A DNA stretch of 64,000 bases from an uncultured Oscillospiraceae bacterium (GTDB taxonomy: Bacteria > Bacillota > Clostridia > Oscillospirales > Oscillospiraceae). The translations under genes and the position numbers were made by a program. The notes under the pieces are model-generated. The model saw only the letters and a list, made by a program, of their open reading frames with translations, was not told the origin of the DNA and did not search any database. This document shows positions 34,339 through 43,651 of the stretch, piece by piece. The number at the start of each line of letters is the position of its first letter. The first letter of the stretch is position 1. The stretch spans positions 5,548-69,547 of the forward strand of contig CANQTO010000007.1 of the NCBI GenBank assembly GCA_947626785.1, written 5' to 3'.

Positions 34339-35601
34339 TTATTCTTCTTTCTCCTTCTGGCCGGTCTTGACCAGCACCCGCTCCACCCGGCGGCCGTCCA
34401 TCTTCAGGACGGTCAGCTCCAGGTCCTCATAGCGGAAGCTGTCCCCCGGCTGGGGGAAGGCGCCGAACATCTCCAGGGTCCAGCCGCCCAGGGTGTTGCT
34501 CTCCGCCTCGAAGCGGTCCTCCCGGATGCCCACCAGCTCGATGAAGTCGTCCAGGATCATGTCCCCGTCCAGCTCATATTCGCCCTCGGAGCGCTCCACC
34601 ACCTCCGGCTCCACGGTGTCCGTCTCGTCCCAGATATCGCCCACGATCTGCTCCAGCACGTCCTCCATGGACAGCACCCCCAGGGTGCCGCCGTACTCGT
34701 CGGACACGATGGCCAGGTGCTGCTTGGCCCGGCGCAGCTGGCTGAGCACCTGGGGCAGCTTCATGGTCTTGTACACATAGCAGGGGGGCATCAGGTACTT
34801 GCGGATGTCCACCTTGTCCCCGTCGGTGAGGGCTTTCAGGAAGCGGTTGAGGTACAGCACGCCGATGATGTTGTCAACGCTGCCCTCATACACCGGCAGG
34901 CGGGAATAGGGGGCCTCCTCGATGAGGGAGAGGATCTCCTCCCAGTCGTCGTCGATGTCCAGGGCCTGCACGTCCACCCGGGCGGTCATGACCTCCAGAG
35001 CGGAGATATCCGCAAAGTCGATGGCGGCCTGGACCAGCTCGGACTGGTCCTCATCCAGCACGTCCTCGTCCTCGGCGGTCTCGATGATGGACTGGAGCTC
35101 CTCCACCGCCTCTTCCTGGTCCTCGTCCTCGCCCTTCAGACCCTTGGTCAGCAGCTCGATGGTCTTCACCACCAGCCAGATGAGGGGCTTGAGCAGGACC
35201 ATCAGCGCCCGGATGATATAGGCGTACTGCATGGCCGACAGATTGGCCCGCTTCTTGGCGGTGATCTTGGGGATGGTCTCCCCGAAGACGATCACCAGCA
35301 GAGTGATCAGCAGCGTGGAGAGCCAGGCATAGGCGTCGCTCCCGGTCAGGAGAATGACGAACACGGAGCTTAAGGAGGAGGCGGCGATGTTCACCAGGTT
35401 GTTGCCGATCAGGATGGCGCCCAAAGCGTCGTCATAGTGCTCGGTGATCCGGACGGCAGCCGCCGCCCGTTTGGAGCCCTCGTCCCGGAAGCGCTCCAGC
35501 CGGAGGGTATTGCAGGAGGAATAGGCCATCTCCGAGGCCGAGAAGAAGGCCGACAGGGCAAGGCAGACCGCGATACCCACGGCAACCAGCGTCATGCTCA
35601 T
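34339..35601 (-). CDS. CNNM/CorC-family protein (DUF21 + CBS pair + CorC_HlyC), 'hemolysin family'
   Basis: The 420-aa product has an N-terminal 4-TM DUF21, a CBS pair and a C-terminal CorC_HlyC-like region (GGWTLEMFGAFPQPGDSF). Confidence 0.8.
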   Translation of the reverse strand: MSMTLVAVGIAVCLALSAFFSASEMAYSSCNTLRLERFRDEGSKRAAAAVRITEHYDDALGAILIGNNLVNIAASSLSSVFVILLTGSDAYAWLSTLLITLLVIVFGETIPKITAKKRANLSAMQYAYIIRALMVLLKPLIWLVVKTIELLTKGLKGEDEDQEEAVEELQSIIETAEDEDVLDEDQSELVQAAIDFADISALEVMTARVDVQALDIDDDWEEILSLIEEAPYSRLPVYEGSVDNIIGVLYLNRFLKALTDGDKVDIRKYLMPPCYVYKTMKLPQVLSQLRRAKQHLAIVSDEYGGTLGVLSMEDVLEQIVGDIWDETDTVEPEVVERSEGEYELDGDMILDDFIELVGIREDRFEAESNTLGGWTLEMFGAFPQPGDSFRYEDLELTVLKMDGRRVERVLVKTGQKEKEE

Positions 35602-36896
35602 TCTTCCCCGCCCCCTTCCTCTTCCTCAGGCAGCAGGGCGACCTGCAATTTCAGGATCCGGTTGTGCTCCATGGCGGAGACCGTGACCTCCAGCGCGTGA
35701 TAGCGGAAGCTGTCCCCCACCTTGGGGATGGCGGTGAACTGCCCGTAGGCCCATTCGCCCATCAGGGTGTTCACCAGGTCCTCGTCCCCCTCCGGATCCT
35801 CGTACTCCATATGCTCAAACACGTCGGCCACCGTCTCGTCCGCGTCCACCCGGCACAGGCCGGGGCCCAGGTCCACGATGGTCTCCTCCACCACGTCGTC
35901 CTCGTCCCAGATCTCGCCCACCAGCTCCTCCAGGATATCCTCCACCGTGACGATGCCCAGGGTGCCGCCGTAGTTGTCCGTCACCACGGCCACGTTCAGC
36001 CGGCGCTTGGACATAATGGGCAGCAGCTCGTCGATATTGGTGCTCTGGTGGATAAAGAGGGCCTCGTCCAGCAGCGGGCGCAGGTCCAGGGCCGGGCCCT
36101 GGCGCAGATAGGCCTTGATATAGCGGCGGATCTGCAAAATGCCGATGATGTTGTCGATGCTGCCCTCATACACCGGCAGGCGGCTGTGGTTGGTGGACTT
36201 GATGAGGGAGAGGATCTCCTCGCCGCTGTCCTCGATGTCGATAGCGGCCAGGTCCACCCGGGGGGTCAGGATACTCTCCACCGTCACGTCCCCGAACTGG
36301 AGGGCGGAGGAGATCAGGTCCCCCCGCTCCTCGTCCAGGGTGCCCTCCTCGGTCATGTCCTCGATGATATCGTACAGCTCGTCCTCCGTGACGGAGATCT
36401 GCGGATCGCCCTTAGTGAGCCGGGCCGCCGCCTGGCCGATCAGGGTCAGCAGGGCGGAGAAGGGGGCGAAGAGCTTCATGAACACGCAGAGGGGCCCGGC
36501 GCAGGCCTTGGCGCAGCGCTCGCTGTACTTCTTGGCCACCGTCTTGGGGAGCATCTCCCCGGCGAAGAAGACCGCGATGGTGGTCACGATCGTACTTACC
36601 GACACCGCGCTCAGGCCCCAGAGCCGGGTGACCGCCACGGTGACGATGGAGGCGGTGGCGATATGTACGATGTTGGTGCAGATCAGCAGGGTGCTGATGG
36701 CCCGGTCAAAATTGTCCAGCACATACAGGGCCTTTTGGGCCCGGCCGTCGCCCCGGTCGGCGGCGGTTTTTATTTTATTGCGCGACGCGGAGGCGAAGGC
36801 CGTCTCGGCCACGGCGAAATACGCGGCGCACAGCAGCAGAACAAAAGCAAGTATCCAAGGCAATCGACTGCCGTCATCCATGGTGTGGGATTCCAA
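35598..36896 (-). CDS. CNNM/CorC-family protein, paralog 2
   Basis: The 432-aa product has the same architecture (C-terminus LMGEWAYGQFTAIPKVGDSF). There is a 4-nt overlap with the downstream paralog. The start is ambiguous, either TTG 36896 or ATG 36881. Confidence 0.8.
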   Translation of the reverse strand: MESHTMDDGSRLPWILAFVLLLCAAYFAVAETAFASASRNKIKTAADRGDGRAQKALYVLDNFDRAISTLLICTNIVHIATASIVTVAVTRLWGLSAVSVSTIVTTIAVFFAGEMLPKTVAKKYSERCAKACAGPLCVFMKLFAPFSALLTLIGQAAARLTKGDPQISVTEDELYDIIEDMTEEGTLDEERGDLISSALQFGDVTVESILTPRVDLAAIDIEDSGEEILSLIKSTNHSRLPVYEGSIDNIIGILQIRRYIKAYLRQGPALDLRPLLDEALFIHQSTNIDELLPIMSKRRLNVAVVTDNYGGTLGIVTVEDILEELVGEIWDEDDVVEETIVDLGPGLCRVDADETVADVFEHMEYEDPEGDEDLVNTLMGEWAYGQFTAIPKVGDSFRYHALEVTVSAMEHNRILKLQVALLPEEEEGGGEE

Positions 36897-36922
36897 CTCC
36901 TTTAACTTTCAAATTAAAGTTA

Positions 36923-36951
36923 AGTATAACATAAGTCGAACACAACGTCAA
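36923..36951 (-). promoter_or_regulatory. sigma-70 promoter of the CNNM pair
   Basis: On the minus strand: TTGACG (36951-36946), a 17-nt spacer, then TATACT (36928-36923). A small hairpin TTAACTTT/AAAGTTAA abuts the AAAGGAG SD. Confidence 0.6.
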
Positions 36952-36977
36952 TACACGAGGAAAGGCGGTTCGTGTCT

Positions 36978-37019
36978 AAACCGTCAGCCGCCCCGTTTGA
37001 AAAGGGCGGCTGACGGTTT
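36978..37019. terminator. 16-bp hairpin between rsmE and the CNNM genes
   Basis: AAACCGTCAGCCGCCC / GGGCGGCTGACGGTTT. The T-rich tract is only on the plus side, so function on the minus strand is uncertain. Confidence 0.45.
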
Positions 37020-37032
37020 CGTCTTTTCTCTT

Positions 37033-37764
37033 TTACGACAGGTTCCCGGTTGCGTACATGAGGGCCGTCAGGGCCACCACCGGGGCGGTCTCGCAGCGGA
37101 GGATGCGCTCCCCCATGGAGCAGACGTGCAGCCCCGCGATCCGGGCCAGGTCCGCCTCGAACTTCTCAAAGCCCCCTTCGGGCCCGGTGATCAGCGCGGC
37201 GGTCCGGACCTGCCGGCTGGCCTCCAGCACCCGGTCCAAAGGCTCCCGCTCCCCTGTCTCGTACAGGAAGAGGCCCAGCTCCTTTTTCAGCGCCAGGTCC
37301 AGCGCTCCGGCCAGGTCCCCGGCCCAGCCCACCTGGGGGATGATCCCCCGGCCGGACTGCTTGGCGGCCTCCTCGGCGATGCGCTGCCAGCGCTCCAGCT
37401 TCTTCTCCGGCTTGTCCGGCTTGGCGATGCAGCGGGCGCAGTCGAAGAATAAGATCTCCTCCGCCCCGGCCTCCACGGACTTCTGGATGATATAGTCGCT
37501 CCGGTCCCCCTTAGGCAGGCCGCAGAGGACGGACACCTTTACCGTGGGCTCGGCGGGACAGCGCACCACCTCCAGCACCTCGGCCTCCGCCTGCTCCCTG
37601 TCCGCCTTCACGAGCCTGCACTTATAGTCTGTGCCCTGGCCGTCGCAGATGACCAGGTCCTCCCCGGGCCGCAGCCGGAGCACCTGCACATGCTCCGCGT
37701 CCCGGCCTTTGATGATCGCCCTACCGCCGTGGATGTTGGTCCCGGCCATAAAAAACCTCGCCAT
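37033..37764 (-). CDS. rsmE: 16S rRNA (uracil1498-N3)-methyltransferase
   Basis: The 243-aa product starts MARFFMAG... and has an RsmE-type PUA-like N-domain plus a SPOUT C-domain (LITGPEGGF, RILRCETA). Confidence 0.85.
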   Translation of the reverse strand: MARFFMAGTNIHGGRAIIKGRDAEHVQVLRLRPGEDLVICDGQGTDYKCRLVKADREQAEAEVLEVVRCPAEPTVKVSVLCGLPKGDRSDYIIQKSVEAGAEEILFFDCARCIAKPDKPEKKLERWQRIAEEAAKQSGRGIIPQVGWAGDLAGALDLALKKELGLFLYETGEREPLDRVLEASRQVRTAALITGPEGGFEKFEADLARIAGLHVCSMGERILRCETAPVVALTALMYATGNLS

Positions 37765-37855
37765 AGCCGCCTCCGAACGTTTTTTCTGTCTCTATTATCG
37801 CACAGATCGCACCGCTTTGCAAGAGCCGGCATACACTGAAACGAGGTGAAAAGCC

Positions 37856-38026
37856 ATGGAAGACAGAGACATCCAGCGCAGGCTCCGGGGCTTCGAGGCG
37901 GTCTGGAAGCGGGTGGGCGCGGCCAAAGGCTCCGCCGCGGCCGCCGCCCAGGCCCAGGGCCTGAAGCTGATGCCCGGCAAGAGCCGGACTGCGGGAGGGC
38001 AGCGCTATAAGCCCGGACGGGGTTAG
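37856..38026 (+). CDS. possible small basic protein (56 aa)
   Basis: My own reading gives ATG 37856 preceded by GAGGTGA (6-nt spacing). The product is MEDRDIQRRLRGFEAVWKRVGAAKGSAAAAAQAQGLKLMPGKSRTAGGQRYKPGRG, ending at TAG 38024-38026. It is below the ORF-track cutoff and partly low-complexity. Confidence 0.3.
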   Translation: MEDRDIQRRLRGFEAVWKRVGAAKGSAAAAAQAQGLKLMPGKSRTAGGQRYKPGRG

Positions 38027-38030
38027 GGTC

Positions 38031-38058
38031 TTGACCAAAGCCGGATTTGGATTATAAT
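38031..38058 (+). promoter_or_regulatory. sigma-70 promoter of the AAA+ gene
   Basis: TTGACC (38031-38036), a 16-nt spacer, then TATAAT (38053-38058). Confidence 0.6.
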
Positions 38059-38096
38059 AATGGGGAAAGCTGTAATAGAAAGAGGAGGGACGCCTC

Positions 38097-39521
38097 GTGC
38101 CCACCGCCTGGAACCGCTCCCCCGAGGAGTTTCACAAGACCTATATCGCCAATACCGACGCCTTTTACCGCAGCGGCGGCGCCGGTCTGGCTGAGGAGCT
38201 GGACAAATTCATGACCCGCTGCGCCCTCTCCCTGTGGAGCCGGGGCACCGGCGTGGGAGAGCAGCATGTGGAGCTGGCAAACCAGATCTACTCCCGGGGC
38301 CGGCCCCGGCCCCAGTGGCTGCTCTGGAACCTGACCAGCTCCGTCTGCCGGGAGGACATGTTCCTGCCGCCGGTGTTCTTCTGGGACCTGGCGGAGCGGG
38401 ACGGGAAGCGGGGCACCGAGACCTCCCGGACCTTCATCCGGATGCTGACCAATATCCTGCTGTGCCTGGCCGCCGCGGACGACGAGGTGAGTCTGGCCGA
38501 GGCGGAGTACATCACCGAGTGTACGGACAAGCTCTCCGCCATCTGTGACGCCTCCGGCGTCCGCAAGAGCAAGCTGGGCCTGGACCCCATGGACTATGTG
38601 ACCAGCAGCGCCCCCAGCTTCAAGGACAAGGCCTCTCTCCAGTCCCAGACCTCCGGCGGGGAGAAGGCCGCCCCGGGCCCGGCGGAGCCCGCCCCGGAGA
38701 AGCCGGATTTTGACGAGCTCATGGCCCAGCTGGAGGCTCTGGTGGGTCTGGAGGACGTGAAGAAGGACGTCAAGAACCTGGTGAACCTGATGAAGGTGCG
38801 CCGTCTCCGTCAGGAAAATCAGCTGCCCGTGCCGCCCATGTCCCTGCACATGGTCTTTACCGGCAACCCGGGCACCGGCAAGACCACGGTGGCCCGGCTC
38901 GTCAGCGGTCTCTACGCCGCCATCGGCGTACTGAGCAAGGGTCAGCTGGTGGAGGTGGACCGCTCCGGCCTGGTGGCGGGCTATGTGGGCCAGACCGCCC
39001 TGAAGACCCAGGAGGCGGTGAAGTCCGCCCTGGGGGGCGTGTTGTTCATCGACGAGGCCTACTCTCTCTCCTCCGGCGGGGAGAACGACTTCGGCCGGGA
39101 GGCTGTCGAGACCATCCTGAAGGCCATGGAGGACCACCGGGAGGACCTGATCGTCATCGTGGCCGGGTACGACGGGCCCATGGAGCGCTTTCTCCACTCC
39201 AACCCGGGCCTGGAGTCCCGCTTCAACAAGTACATCCATTTTCCGGACTACAACGGGGAGCAGCTGATGGCCATCTTCAAGGGCCAGTGCGAGAAGAACG
39301 GCTACAAGCTCAGCCCGGAAGCCGAGACGGAGGCCCTGGCCCTCTTCGGGCAGCTGTATGAGCAGCGTGGCGAGAACTTCGGCAACGGCCGGGACGTGCG
39401 CAACTGCTTTGAGGACATGATCGTCCGCCAGTCCAACCGGGTAGCCGCCCTGGAGGCTCCGGACAAGGAGGCCCTGATGACCGTCCTGCCGGAGGACCTG
39501 CGCGAGGCGGAAGAGGAATAA
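38097..39521 (+). CDS. SpoVK/CbbX-type AAA+ ATPase with a ~200-aa N-terminal extension
   Basis: The start is GTG with AGGAGGG 7 nt upstream. It has Walker A GNPGTGKTT, Walker B VLFIDEAY and the SpoVK/CbbX-like GYDGPMERFLHSNPGLESRF. The N-terminal part (LAAADDEVSLAEAEYITECTDKLSAI) is faintly TerB-like. Confidence 0.8.
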   Translation: MPTAWNRSPEEFHKTYIANTDAFYRSGGAGLAEELDKFMTRCALSLWSRGTGVGEQHVELANQIYSRGRPRPQWLLWNLTSSVCREDMFLPPVFFWDLAERDGKRGTETSRTFIRMLTNILLCLAAADDEVSLAEAEYITECTDKLSAICDASGVRKSKLGLDPMDYVTSSAPSFKDKASLQSQTSGGEKAAPGPAEPAPEKPDFDELMAQLEALVGLEDVKKDVKNLVNLMKVRRLRQENQLPVPPMSLHMVFTGNPGTGKTTVARLVSGLYAAIGVLSKGQLVEVDRSGLVAGYVGQTALKTQEAVKSALGGVLFIDEAYSLSSGGENDFGREAVETILKAMEDHREDLIVIVAGYDGPMERFLHSNPGLESRFNKYIHFPDYNGEQLMAIFKGQCEKNGYKLSPEAETEALALFGQLYEQRGENFGNGRDVRNCFEDMIVRQSNRVAALEAPDKEALMTVLPEDLREAEEE

Positions 39522-39532
39522 ATCCGTATTTA

Positions 39533-39582
39533 ACAGGGGTCTCTGCAAAATTGGGATTTTGCAGAGACCCCTGTGTTTTTTT
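39533..39582. terminator. bidirectional intrinsic terminator
   Basis: An 18-bp stem ACAGGGGTCTCTGCAAAA / TTTTGCAGAGACCCCTGT followed by a T-run. Confidence 0.85.
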
Positions 39583-41191
39583 ATTTCCCTATTTTCAGCT
39601 TCCCTTTCGGTAGCTTGAGGAGCTGTTCTTTGCCGTCCAGCCGGTAGCGGATGCAGCCCTTTTCGGCGCCGGCGCGGACCTCCTCCGCTCCGAACAAACG
39701 CACGATCTCCCGGTAAGTCTCCCGCTGCTTATCGCCGTAGAGGTTTGGGTCGTCGGAGGTCAGCAGCAGGCCCCCCAGCAGGGCGTTGGCCTTGGCCAGC
39801 AGCAGCTTCTCGCTCTGGCTCAGCTTTAGATTCTCCTCCCGCAGGAAGAACACGTCCGGGTCGTTGAGGAAGGCCCGGCCGTTGAGCGGCCGCCGGAAAA
39901 AGCTGTTCTCGATGGCCTGCTTGGTGGAGACCCGCTCCCGGTGGGCCAGGCGCATATAAGGTTTGTCGTCCCAGTCCAGGCTCACGTCGCAGCCTATGCG
40001 GCAGTAGTCCACCAGGCCGAAGGCGGGCATCAGCGGCACGCCGCAGCCTAAGATCAGCTTCTCCCCGCAGAGCCGGCGCAAGAGCTCCATGGCCCGGCAC
40101 ATCCGGCCGCCCCGAGTCTCCTTCTCCCCGGCGAAGGGGGCCGCCGCGTACAGGAAGTCCAGCTTCACCAGGTCAAAGCCCCAGTCCAGCAGCACCTTGT
40201 CAAAGACCTGTTTGAGATATTCCTGCACCGCCGGCCGGTCGATATCCAGGGCGTAGAATCCGCCCCAGTTGACGCCGCCGGTCCAAAGCCCCCCAATTTC
40301 ATCCCGGAGCAGCCAGTCCGGGTGCTGCCGGACGAGCTCCGAATCCTTTTTGGCGGCGAAGGGGGCCAGCCACAGCCCCGCCAGGAAGCCCGCGGCGTGG
40401 ATCTCCTCCGCCAGGCCCTTCAGGCCCTGGGGGAACTTCTTCCCGTCCGGCTCCCAGTCCCCTACGGCGCTCTCCCAGCCGTCGTCGATCTGGAACAGGT
40501 CCCCCGGCTCCAGCAGGGTCTTGCAGCCGCTCAGGTCGGAGCGGATGCAGCCGTCGTCGATGGCCTCGTAGCGGTTATACCAGCTGGAGTAGCCCTTCAG
40601 GGGCCTGGCCTTGGGGGCGGGGAGCCCGAGGGCCTGAAACCAGGCGTCAAAGACCTCATCCTCCGTGCCCTCGGCGTAAAACAGGTCCAGGGCCCGGTAC
40701 TCCCCGCCGCAGCGCAGGCCCCGGCAGTCCCGCTCGATGCGCAGCAGGGCCTGCCCGGCGTCATAGGAAAAGACCGTGTAGCCCGGCTTTTCATCCAGAG
40801 AGGCGAAGAGCCGGGTGCGCTCCCCCAGGCGGAAGCTGCAGTAGGAAAAGCCGTGGCTCTGGCCGGGGCGGTCCGGGTAGGGCACGAAGTCATAGTCCCC
40901 GTAGCTGTTGAGGCTGAAATGTTCGACCACAGCCTTGGGCAGACCGTTCAGGCCCCGGAGCCGGTCCTTGGGGCCCAGCTCCGGGCAGTTGGTCCAGGTC
41001 TGGTAGCCGTTCATGAAGACCTTCTCCCCCGGCCTCAGGGGCAGATGCAGCAGGGCGGAGACTTCCTCCAAATGTCCCTCCGGCAGGCTGGGGCGCAGGT
41101 GCAGCTCCCCCCGGCCGGAGAGCTCCGTTTTGCCCCGCAGAACGGTGGGGCCGTCTTTTTCAGCAAGCCGGATGTTCCAATGCAGCTCCAT
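39581..41191 (-). CDS. alpha-galactosidase-like glycoside hydrolase (GH36 family)
   Basis: The 536-aa product has the FQIDDGW motif and GLWLAPF, a TIM-barrel pattern typical of GH36/melibiase-type enzymes. Confidence 0.7.
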   Translation of the reverse strand: MELHWNIRLAEKDGPTVLRGKTELSGRGELHLRPSLPEGHLEEVSALLHLPLRPGEKVFMNGYQTWTNCPELGPKDRLRGLNGLPKAVVEHFSLNSYGDYDFVPYPDRPGQSHGFSYCSFRLGERTRLFASLDEKPGYTVFSYDAGQALLRIERDCRGLRCGGEYRALDLFYAEGTEDEVFDAWFQALGLPAPKARPLKGYSSWYNRYEAIDDGCIRSDLSGCKTLLEPGDLFQIDDGWESAVGDWEPDGKKFPQGLKGLAEEIHAAGFLAGLWLAPFAAKKDSELVRQHPDWLLRDEIGGLWTGGVNWGGFYALDIDRPAVQEYLKQVFDKVLLDWGFDLVKLDFLYAAAPFAGEKETRGGRMCRAMELLRRLCGEKLILGCGVPLMPAFGLVDYCRIGCDVSLDWDDKPYMRLAHRERVSTKQAIENSFFRRPLNGRAFLNDPDVFFLREENLKLSQSEKLLLAKANALLGGLLLTSDDPNLYGDKQRETYREIVRLFGAEEVRAGAEKGCIRYRLDGKEQLLKLPKGKLKIGK

Positions 41192-41195
41192 AGCC

Positions 41196-43568
41196 TTATC
41201 CCTCCGTTTTTACCGTAAAGTCCACGGTCACGCTCTCCGTTTGGGGACAGGAGACGGTGACCCTCACCTGGCCCGCCCGGCCCAGGGTCCGCAGATACGT
41301 CCCGCAGGCGCCGCCCTCGGCGGTGACCGTGTCCGGGCCGGTCAGCGCCGCCGGGCCCTCCAGGGAAAAACGCACCGGCAGCTGGGCATAGGGGGCCGGG
41401 TTGTTATACTCGTCCAGGAGCCGCACCCGCAGGGCGGCCATATCGTAGCAGTCCGTGTCGTTGAGCTCCGTGTGGCTGGGCCGGACCTCCAGATGCAGCC
41501 GGGCGGAGGGGGTCTTGGTCACGGAGGCCACGGTCTTCCCGTCCCGCACGGCGTCGAAGCGCCAGACGGTGGCCGCCCCGCCCCAGTTGCCCACATATTT
41601 GTGGTAGAGCTCCACCCCGTCCTGGAAGCTCATCTTGTAGCGGAGCATGCAGGAGATCATCTTCAGCTTGTCCGCCGCCGGCATCCCCGCCAGGCCGTGC
41701 TCCTTGGCCGAGAGCAGACAGGCCCGCAGGGCCTCCGCCTGGGCGTGGGGATAGCCCTCCTTGGTCTCCAGCAGGCAGCCGATGGTGTCCTCCACCGGCA
41801 TGGGCCCGTGGGGCAGGCCCTTCCAGGGCCCGGGCTCCAGGCTGGTCACATAGTCCCCGTTTTTATAGAGCTCCACCTTCTCGGCGTTGGTGAAGGCGTA
41901 GACCGGGCCGGTCTGGCCGCCGGGGTAATCCCCGATGTCCATAGCCGAGCCCAGCTCCAGTACCGGCGTCTCCTCTCCCTGGGAGGCGTAGAGGGCCGCG
42001 GCCAGCTTGGGGTTGCGGAAGGCGTCCAGCACCCCGTGGTAGCAGATCCGGTCCCCGGAGCCGAAGTCCTTGTGGGTGGGGTAGTCGAACATGCACCAGG
42101 CGAAGAAACCTACATGCCCCCCGTCGGACAGGGCCGCGTCCAGCACCCGGGCGTGGCGCAGGGCCTGCTCCTGGCGGCGCTCCCAGGTGTCGAAGGGCTT
42201 GGTGGGGTACATGTGCCCGTTGCACTCGGAGATGAGCAGGGCCTTGTCCATGTCCGGCGTCACGGCTTTTTTGGGCTTGGCCCCGGCGTTTTGGCCGGTG
42301 TGGGAGAAGTCGTTATAGGCGTAGACATCCTCTAAAAGATGGCTCTTCTCCAGATAGCGGACGCCGGAGGTGGCCCGGCTGGGGTCCAGCTCATGGGCGA
42401 TGGCGTTGGTGCGGGCGTAGAAGGCGTCGTCGTCCAGGCTCTCGTTGATGCGCACGCCCCAGAGGATGATGCTGGGGTGGTTCCGGTACTGGAGGATCAT
42501 CTCCCGCAGGTTTTGGCAGGCCTGGTCCTTCCAGGCTCCGTCCCCGATGTGCTGCCAGCCGGGCAGCTCGGTGAAGACCAGCAGCCCCTCCCGGTCGCAC
42601 TCGTCCAGGAAGTAATGGCTCTGGGGGTAGTGGCTGGTGCGCACGGCGCTGCACTGGAGCTCATGCTTTAAGATCCGGGCGTCCTCCCGCTGGAGTTTTT
42701 CCGGCACGGCGTAGCCCACATAGGGGAAGGACTGGTGCCGGTTCAGGCCCCGGAGAAAGAGCTTCCGCCCGTTGAGGTAGAAGCCGCCGGCCCGGAACTC
42801 CGCCGTGCGAAAGCCGAAGACCGTCTCCTGTGCGTCTCCCTCCTCCCCGCTCTCCTCCAGCAGGGTCACCCGGCAGCGGTACAGCTCCGGAGAGTCAGGG
42901 CTCCAGGGCCGGGCCCCCCGCACCAGCAGGGAGACCCGGGTCTGGCCAGGGCCGCCCGTGTGGCTGGCCGCCAGGTGCCCGGCGCTGTCAAAGACCTCAA
43001 AGCGCAGAGCGTCCCCCGGCTCTAAGTCCGCCCGGCAGGAGATCTTCGCCACGTCCAGGGAGGGCGTATATACGAACAGCTCGGAGATCAGCTTTTGGGG
43101 CCGGATGTCCAGCCAGGCGTCCCGGTAGAGCCCGCCGTAGGTCAGGTAGTCGATCACATAGCCGAAGGGGGGCACGGCTGGGTTCTCCGTGCAGTCCAGG
43201 CGGACGGACAGCAGATCCTCTCCCTCCGGGTCCAGGGCCTCCGTCAGCTCCACCCGGAAGGCGGTATAGCCGCAGCGGTGGCTGTCCAGCTCCCGGCCGT
43301 TGAGATACACCGTGGCGATATGAGCCGCCCCGTCCAGCTGCAAGAAGACCCGCTTCCCCCGGGCCTCCGGCGGCAGGCGCAGGGCGCGCCGGTAGCCGCA
43401 GAGCATCTCATAGTCCGAGGGGTCCGCGTAGTGCAGGGGCAGCTCCTTCACATTGTGGGGCAGCTCCACGCTCTCCGCCCGGCCCCGGCCCAGGCAGAAG
43501 TCCTCGCTCCATTGGGGAGTGAATTCCCAGCCTTTATTGATCCGTATCAAATCCATCTCTCCTGTCAC
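41196..43568 (-). CDS. glycoside hydrolase family 2 (beta-galactosidase / beta-glucuronidase-like)
   Basis: The 790-aa product has the GH2 sugar-binding N-domain and an acid/base region NHPSIILWGVRINES. The start is ambiguous between GTG 43568 and ATG 43556. Confidence 0.8.
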   Translation of the reverse strand: MTGEMDLIRINKGWEFTPQWSEDFCLGRGRAESVELPHNVKELPLHYADPSDYEMLCGYRRALRLPPEARGKRVFLQLDGAAHIATVYLNGRELDSHRCGYTAFRVELTEALDPEGEDLLSVRLDCTENPAVPPFGYVIDYLTYGGLYRDAWLDIRPQKLISELFVYTPSLDVAKISCRADLEPGDALRFEVFDSAGHLAASHTGGPGQTRVSLLVRGARPWSPDSPELYRCRVTLLEESGEEGDAQETVFGFRTAEFRAGGFYLNGRKLFLRGLNRHQSFPYVGYAVPEKLQREDARILKHELQCSAVRTSHYPQSHYFLDECDREGLLVFTELPGWQHIGDGAWKDQACQNLREMILQYRNHPSIILWGVRINESLDDDAFYARTNAIAHELDPSRATSGVRYLEKSHLLEDVYAYNDFSHTGQNAGAKPKKAVTPDMDKALLISECNGHMYPTKPFDTWERRQEQALRHARVLDAALSDGGHVGFFAWCMFDYPTHKDFGSGDRICYHGVLDAFRNPKLAAALYASQGEETPVLELGSAMDIGDYPGGQTGPVYAFTNAEKVELYKNGDYVTSLEPGPWKGLPHGPMPVEDTIGCLLETKEGYPHAQAEALRACLLSAKEHGLAGMPAADKLKMISCMLRYKMSFQDGVELYHKYVGNWGGAATVWRFDAVRDGKTVASVTKTPSARLHLEVRPSHTELNDTDCYDMAALRVRLLDEYNNPAPYAQLPVRFSLEGPAALTGPDTVTAEGGACGTYLRTLGRAGQVRVTVSCPQTESVTVDFTVKTEG

Positions 43569-43612
43569 AAAAAGTCTGCCTCCATTCTATGCCAGGCGGC
43601 CCGACAATGCAA

Positions 43613-43651
43613 GAGAAAAGCGCGTCTGCGGAGGCAAACGCGCTCTTTTTC
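43613..43651 (-). terminator. terminator after mnmG
   Basis: On the minus strand the stem AGCGCGT ... ACGCGCT is followed by TTTTCTCTT. Confidence 0.5.
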
